A stretch of 20,000 bases of DNA from an uncultured virus (IMG/VR IMGVR_UViG_3300037963_005433) (lineage: Duplodnaviria > Heunggongvirae > Uroviricota > Caudoviricetes). The position numbers and the translations under genes were made by a program. Where the stretch lies: the IMG/VR virus record IMGVR_UViG_3300037963_005433, positions 58,173-78,172 of that record, one strand, 5' to 3'. Shown in pieces: positions 16,952 to 20,000 of this stretch; position 1 is the first letter of the stretch, and each line of letters starts with the position of its first letter. The notes below the pieces were generated by a model that saw only the letters and a program-made list of their open reading frames with translations, was not told the DNA's origin and did no database searches.

Positions 16952-16978
16952 GAGCAGTTTTAGGACGTGCTCAGGTCC
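16952..16978 (-). ncRNA. Pseudoknot motif, copy 6
   Basis: GGAC-CTGAGCAC-GTCC-TAAAA-CTGCTC. Confidence 0.75.
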
Positions 16979-16983
16979 ATCGG

Positions 16984-17166
16984 TCAGTCACTGTAGTGTT
17001 GTTTGAGTTTGTGATAATTGGCATTCACCCACTCATCCAAGCCATACATGACGATTTGAATCGGATCTTGACCGGATAGTTCTCCGAGTTCAATCAATCG
17101 ATCCATTGTTCTCTTTGAATGGAGAACTTGTTGGAGAAGTTCAGTGGTCTTGGTGGTAGTCATCAT
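16984..17166 (-). CDS. Hypothetical protein
   Basis: 60-aa ORF, ATGA coupled. Confidence 0.65.
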   Translation of the reverse strand: MMTTTKTTELLQQVLHSKRTMDRLIELGELSGQDPIQIVMYGLDEWVNANYHKLKQHYSD

Positions 17167-17501
17167 TTGTACAGGAATCCTCCTGCCCAGTCACAACGTT
17201 TGATCGCCTCGTCATACGATGAATCGTCTTGGAGGCGGTAGCGGACATCTGGAACACCGCAGGCGTCTCGCTGGGGTGAAGCCCACGAAGCAGGCTTATA
17301 TACATTTCCATCTTTGTCAATGAAGGCAAAGACGGAACCTTGAGGGTAGATAAGTTTGATGTACTTACGTCCAATGAGACGTGCACATTCTCTGTAATCC
17401 TCATTGAACCGGTGCATACCAGTACAACGTTTCATGTAGCTGTGTTCGCATGCACGTTGGAGGTCGGTGATGCGTTGGTCAACGAGAGGAGATAGTTTCA
17501 T
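17163..17501 (-). CDS. Hypothetical phage protein
   Basis: GRKYIKL…SVFAFIDKDGNVYKPASWASP motif recalled from many phages. Confidence 0.75.
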   Translation of the reverse strand: MKLSPLVDQRITDLQRACEHSYMKRCTGMHRFNEDYRECARLIGRKYIKLIYPQGSVFAFIDKDGNVYKPASWASPQRDACGVPDVRYRLQDDSSYDEAIKRCDWAGGFLYK

Positions 17502-17512
17502 TTGAGGTGAAG

Positions 17513-17752
17513 TTAGTCGTCGCTGTAGTCAGCGCAGATGATTTGGCACAAGACCTTACCAGGGAATTCATCATGGAATTTGGCATAGGCTTGGCCGACT
17601 GTAGAACCGCTGACCTTGTAGAAGTGTCGCTGTTGCATCGGTTGTTCGCCGTTGTCAGCTTGGTCGACGTACATGATTTCCCAATCGCGGACGTCTCCTT
17701 CCGGGCCAGGGTTGAGTGATTGATACGGCATAGATTGTGTGCAACCACACAC
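17513..17752 (-). CDS. Hypothetical protein
   Basis: 79-aa ORF tiling the gap. Confidence 0.6.
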   Translation of the reverse strand: MCGCTQSMPYQSLNPGPEGDVRDWEIMYVDQADNGEQPMQQRHFYKVSGSTVGQAYAKFHDEFPGKVLCQIICADYSDD

Positions 17753-17755
17753 ATC

Positions 17756-18013
17756 CTAGTCAGCCGTATGTCTTGTGATTGGAAGTTCATATTCCTCAAT
17801 CAACATTGACTCAAATTGAGCCAATACTTTTACCTTGGAACCTTTGAAGCCATACTCTTTCTTCACAGTTGAATACACACTGGGAAGGTTGCGAGATAGC
17901 TTCATGCCTTTGGTTTCAAGGATGAGTGCTTTGTGGAGAGTGAGAAGTCTGAACTTGGAGGTGTCATCGCCAGTGATAACGAAGCCACCGTTGTTGTCAG
18001 TTTGAATAGCCAT
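17756..18013 (-). CDS. Hypothetical phage protein
   Basis: LETKGMKLSR…YSTVKKEYGFKGSKVKVLAQF. Confidence 0.75.
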   Translation of the reverse strand: MAIQTDNNGGFVITGDDTSKFRLLTLHKALILETKGMKLSRNLPSVYSTVKKEYGFKGSKVKVLAQFESMLIEEYELPITRHTAD

Positions 18014-18037
18014 AAAAAAACCCGGCGTGTGCCGGGT
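18014..18037 (-). terminator. Terminator-like hairpin
   Basis: ACCCGGC-ACAC-GCCGGGT followed by a T tract. Confidence 0.75.
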
Positions 18038-18061
18038 GAGAGTGTGTGAGTTAGTTGAAAT

Positions 18062-18505
18062 TTACACCGTTACATGACGCCATGCACGATTTGCATGGAT
18101 GTTTGCAATGGTGTCTTTGGATACGCTGTAACCTTGAGCGATGTCCATGTAAGCTTTGTGCTTACTGCCGTACTCTTTCATCATCCCTTGGTTGTTCAAG
18201 ATCTCTTTGATCTCACGAACGTCAGACTCAGAGAGCTTGGGGTTACCACGACGGCCAGTCTTGGAGTTGTTGGTGATTTTGGACACCAGCATCTTGACTG
18301 GTGCAGCGGGATGAATTTGTTTGGGAGTGTCTGGTGCCTCGATCAGATCTGCGATTGGTGCTGCGAGAGCAAACTTCAGATCCATGGTGCGTGCGCCCTT
18401 CTTGATGGAGAAGGTAACGCTGCTGTCATTGCTGATAACGCAGACGTGATCAGGGGTGGAGACGTTGATTTCGGACAAGTTGTCCATGGGATTTGTCGAG
18501 TACAT
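18062..18505 (-). CDS. Protein with C-terminal HTH DNA-binding domain
   Basis: KLSESDVREIK…IAQGYSVSKDTIANIHANRAWRHV. Confidence 0.7.
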   Translation of the reverse strand: MYSTNPMDNLSEINVSTPDHVCVISNDSSVTFSIKKGARTMDLKFALAAPIADLIEAPDTPKQIHPAAPVKMLVSKITNNSKTGRRGNPKLSESDVREIKEILNNQGMMKEYGSKHKAYMDIAQGYSVSKDTIANIHANRAWRHVTV

Positions 18506-18590
18506 GCAAAAGATAGTGAGTCTTGGGAGTAAAGCAACCCCTGCTTACGAGCTGTTGTAATAGCGATGGGCGCAAGCAGGGGGAGGGGGT

Positions 18591-18785
18591 CTACTGTGCG
18601 AGATATCTAATGTGCATACATTGTTTTGAGTCACCGATAAACGATTGAAAGGTGACGAGCCTGTGATAGTCAGGCAAACGTTTGCACGTCAGAGCTGCAC
18701 CGGCATTGGTGACTTTCTGTCCCCCGATAACGAGGAGAAAGCCGAAGCCGGTACCAAGCACAAAGCAGGTGAGAGCTTTAGTCAT
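18591..18785 (-). CDS. Small membrane protein, paralog 2 (64 aa)
   Basis: Start MTKALT at 18785; TM segment plus two Cys. Confidence 0.75.
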   Translation of the reverse strand: MTKALTCFVLGTGFGFLLVIGGQKVTNAGAALTCKRLPDYHRLVTFQSFIGDSKQCMHIRYLAQ

Positions 18786-18795
18786 GAGTTGGGAT

Positions 18796-18990
18796 CTACT
18801 GTGAGAGATAACTGGTGTGGATGCAGTATTTGGCATCACCCAGATAAGATTTGTAGGTTACAAGCCTGTAGTAGTCAGGCCTTTGTTGGCACTTTGCTGT
18901 GTGATAGGCGTTCATGGTTTTCTGTCCGAGGAAGACGAAGAAAAAACCAAGAACAGTACCAAAAAACACAGCGGTCATGGGCTTAGCCAT
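18796..18990 (-). CDS. Small membrane protein, paralog 1 (64 aa)
   Basis: TM segment plus two Cys; aligns without gaps to 18591..18785. Confidence 0.75.
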   Translation of the reverse strand: MAKPMTAVFFGTVLGFFFVFLGQKTMNAYHTAKCQQRPDYYRLVTYKSYLGDAKYCIHTSYLSQ

Positions 18991-19068
18991 AAGCTAGTGA
19001 CTGTTAAGAAAAGATTAAGCAGGATGTTGAGTCCTGCAGAGAAGGCCCGAAGGCCCTCAGTGCAAGAG

Positions 19069-19467
19069 TCAGAGACTTGCCACCTGTTCAGGCGTAAGCT
19101 CTTTGGAGAACGGCTTGTCAGCCTTGGGTTGTGGCTTGGAGCCAAAGATGTACTGCTGCACGGTCATCTGCAGCTCCGGCTTTTGGAGTGGCTTTAGCTC
19201 ATCGTCCTTCATGTAGAAGGCACGGATCGCTTTGATGCGACCCATGAGTGTCAGCTCCTGGCCGGTTTGCAGGTTGCCGTTGCGGTATGCAGTGAGCAAC
19301 CCGTTGCTGTTGGTGAAGTGAACACATGCAGTAATCTCATCACTGAGATTGGTGTACACCTTGACAGACAAGAAGTTCTGGTCGTTGTACTCAACCTCTT
19401 CGAGATTGGCAACACGACCGTGTACCGTCAGCTGTTGAGCGTCGGGATACTTGATGGATTCAGTCAT
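19069..19467 (-). CDS. OB-fold (SSB-like) protein
   Basis: LTVHGRVAN…NLQTGQELTLMGRI pattern. Confidence 0.6.
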   Translation of the reverse strand: MTESIKYPDAQQLTVHGRVANLEEVEYNDQNFLSVKVYTNLSDEITACVHFTNSNGLLTAYRNGNLQTGQELTLMGRIKAIRAFYMKDDELKPLQKPELQMTVQQYIFGSKPQPKADKPFSKELTPEQVASL

Positions 19468-19556
19468 GGTTTGAACTGAGATAGTGTGCTGGAGCCCATC
19501 CCAGCTTTGGGCAATAACTGCTCCAGGGTTTGCACCTGGAGACCCGCTTGTACGGA

Positions 19557-19694
19557 TCAGTTAGGTTCAATAAAGCGTGCAATCTTACGACGCACGTCAT
19601 TAGTTTTCCTGATCAATTGTTCCTTTGATCTGTCATGCTGCAGGTGGTGGGCTGCTGCGATCAGACCGGAGGCAATGGTCTTGCGAATTCCCAT
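19557..19694 (-). CDS. Small basic protein (45 aa)
   Basis: Likely start MGIRKTIA at 19694. Confidence 0.6.
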   Translation of the reverse strand: MGIRKTIASGLIAAAHHLQHDRSKEQLIRKTNDVRRKIARFIEPN

Positions 19695-19721
19695 GGTGAA
19701 TAAAGAATCAGAATGAATGAT

Positions 19722-19754
19722 CTTGGACTTACTTGTGATACTCACAATGCCAAG
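19722..19754 (-). ncRNA. Stem/internal-loop motif B, copy 3
   Basis: CTTGG-CAT-TGTGA-GTA-TCACA-AGTAAGT-CCAAG. Confidence 0.55.
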
Positions 19755-20000
19755 TTGACTTACAGTTCTACGCCGCGCCGGGTAGGCGAAGGCTCTAAAT
19801 CCGATCTCATGCGCAATAATTACGATGAAAACGCCAGTATTTATACTCAAATTCAATCATTTCTATCTAATTGTTACGGAATGGTGACATAAACACGGCT
19901 AATCGAAGGGTTCGCACTGCACATCGAAGGCAGTACATGGTACCCATGCCGCAGTTTCTTTTTTTTCCTTACACATGCGCAATCGGACAGGCGGTGGGAG

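Noticed and set aside
2743..16978. Pseudoknots as stop-codon readthrough signals fusing adjacent genes
   Set aside because: Intergenic lengths are 67, 48, 52, 52, 64 and 55 nt. Five of six are out of frame (all 1 mod 3, possibly chance), so simple readthrough would not produce fusions.
2743..16978. Repeats as a CRISPR array or phage DNA promoter
   Set aside because: Copies are dispersed rather than regularly spaced, and they conserve pairing more than sequence
416..19716. Many plus-strand and alternative-frame ORFs in the track (e.g. 4280..4729, 18074..18532, 416..646)
   Set aside because: Shadow frames of well-supported minus-strand genes
19732..19746. CRP-like TGTGA…TCACA site
   Set aside because: Spacer is 3 nt rather than 6; better explained as the inner stem of motif B

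Overview
Phage DNA, most likely from a tailed cyanophage infecting picocyanobacteria. That assignment rests on a DUF4278 gene with a glutamine-II riboswitch, a cyanobacterial-type small beta-barrel and tRNA-Leu(UAA). Almost all genes are on the minus strand. The left end holds the N-terminus of a tail-fibre-like gene and a small outer-membrane protein. Next is a replication/recombination block: Gp157-like protein, SWIM zinc finger protein, DUF5895-like protein, double-OB SSB and a T7-like family A DNA polymerase. After that come a GP88-like gene, an AlpA-like HTH, a plus-strand island (NtcA box, glutamine riboswitch, DUF4278), a cupin/PMI gene, tRNA-Leu and a PcfJ-like gene. The right part is a long run of small early-type genes. 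The most striking unexplained signal is non-coding. A 27-nt H-type pseudoknot motif with compensatory base changes occurs six times, each between a stop codon and the next gene. A second covarying stem/internal-loop motif occurs three times. Several terminator-like hairpins run directly into start codons. Family assignments are from recalled motifs, not database searches.
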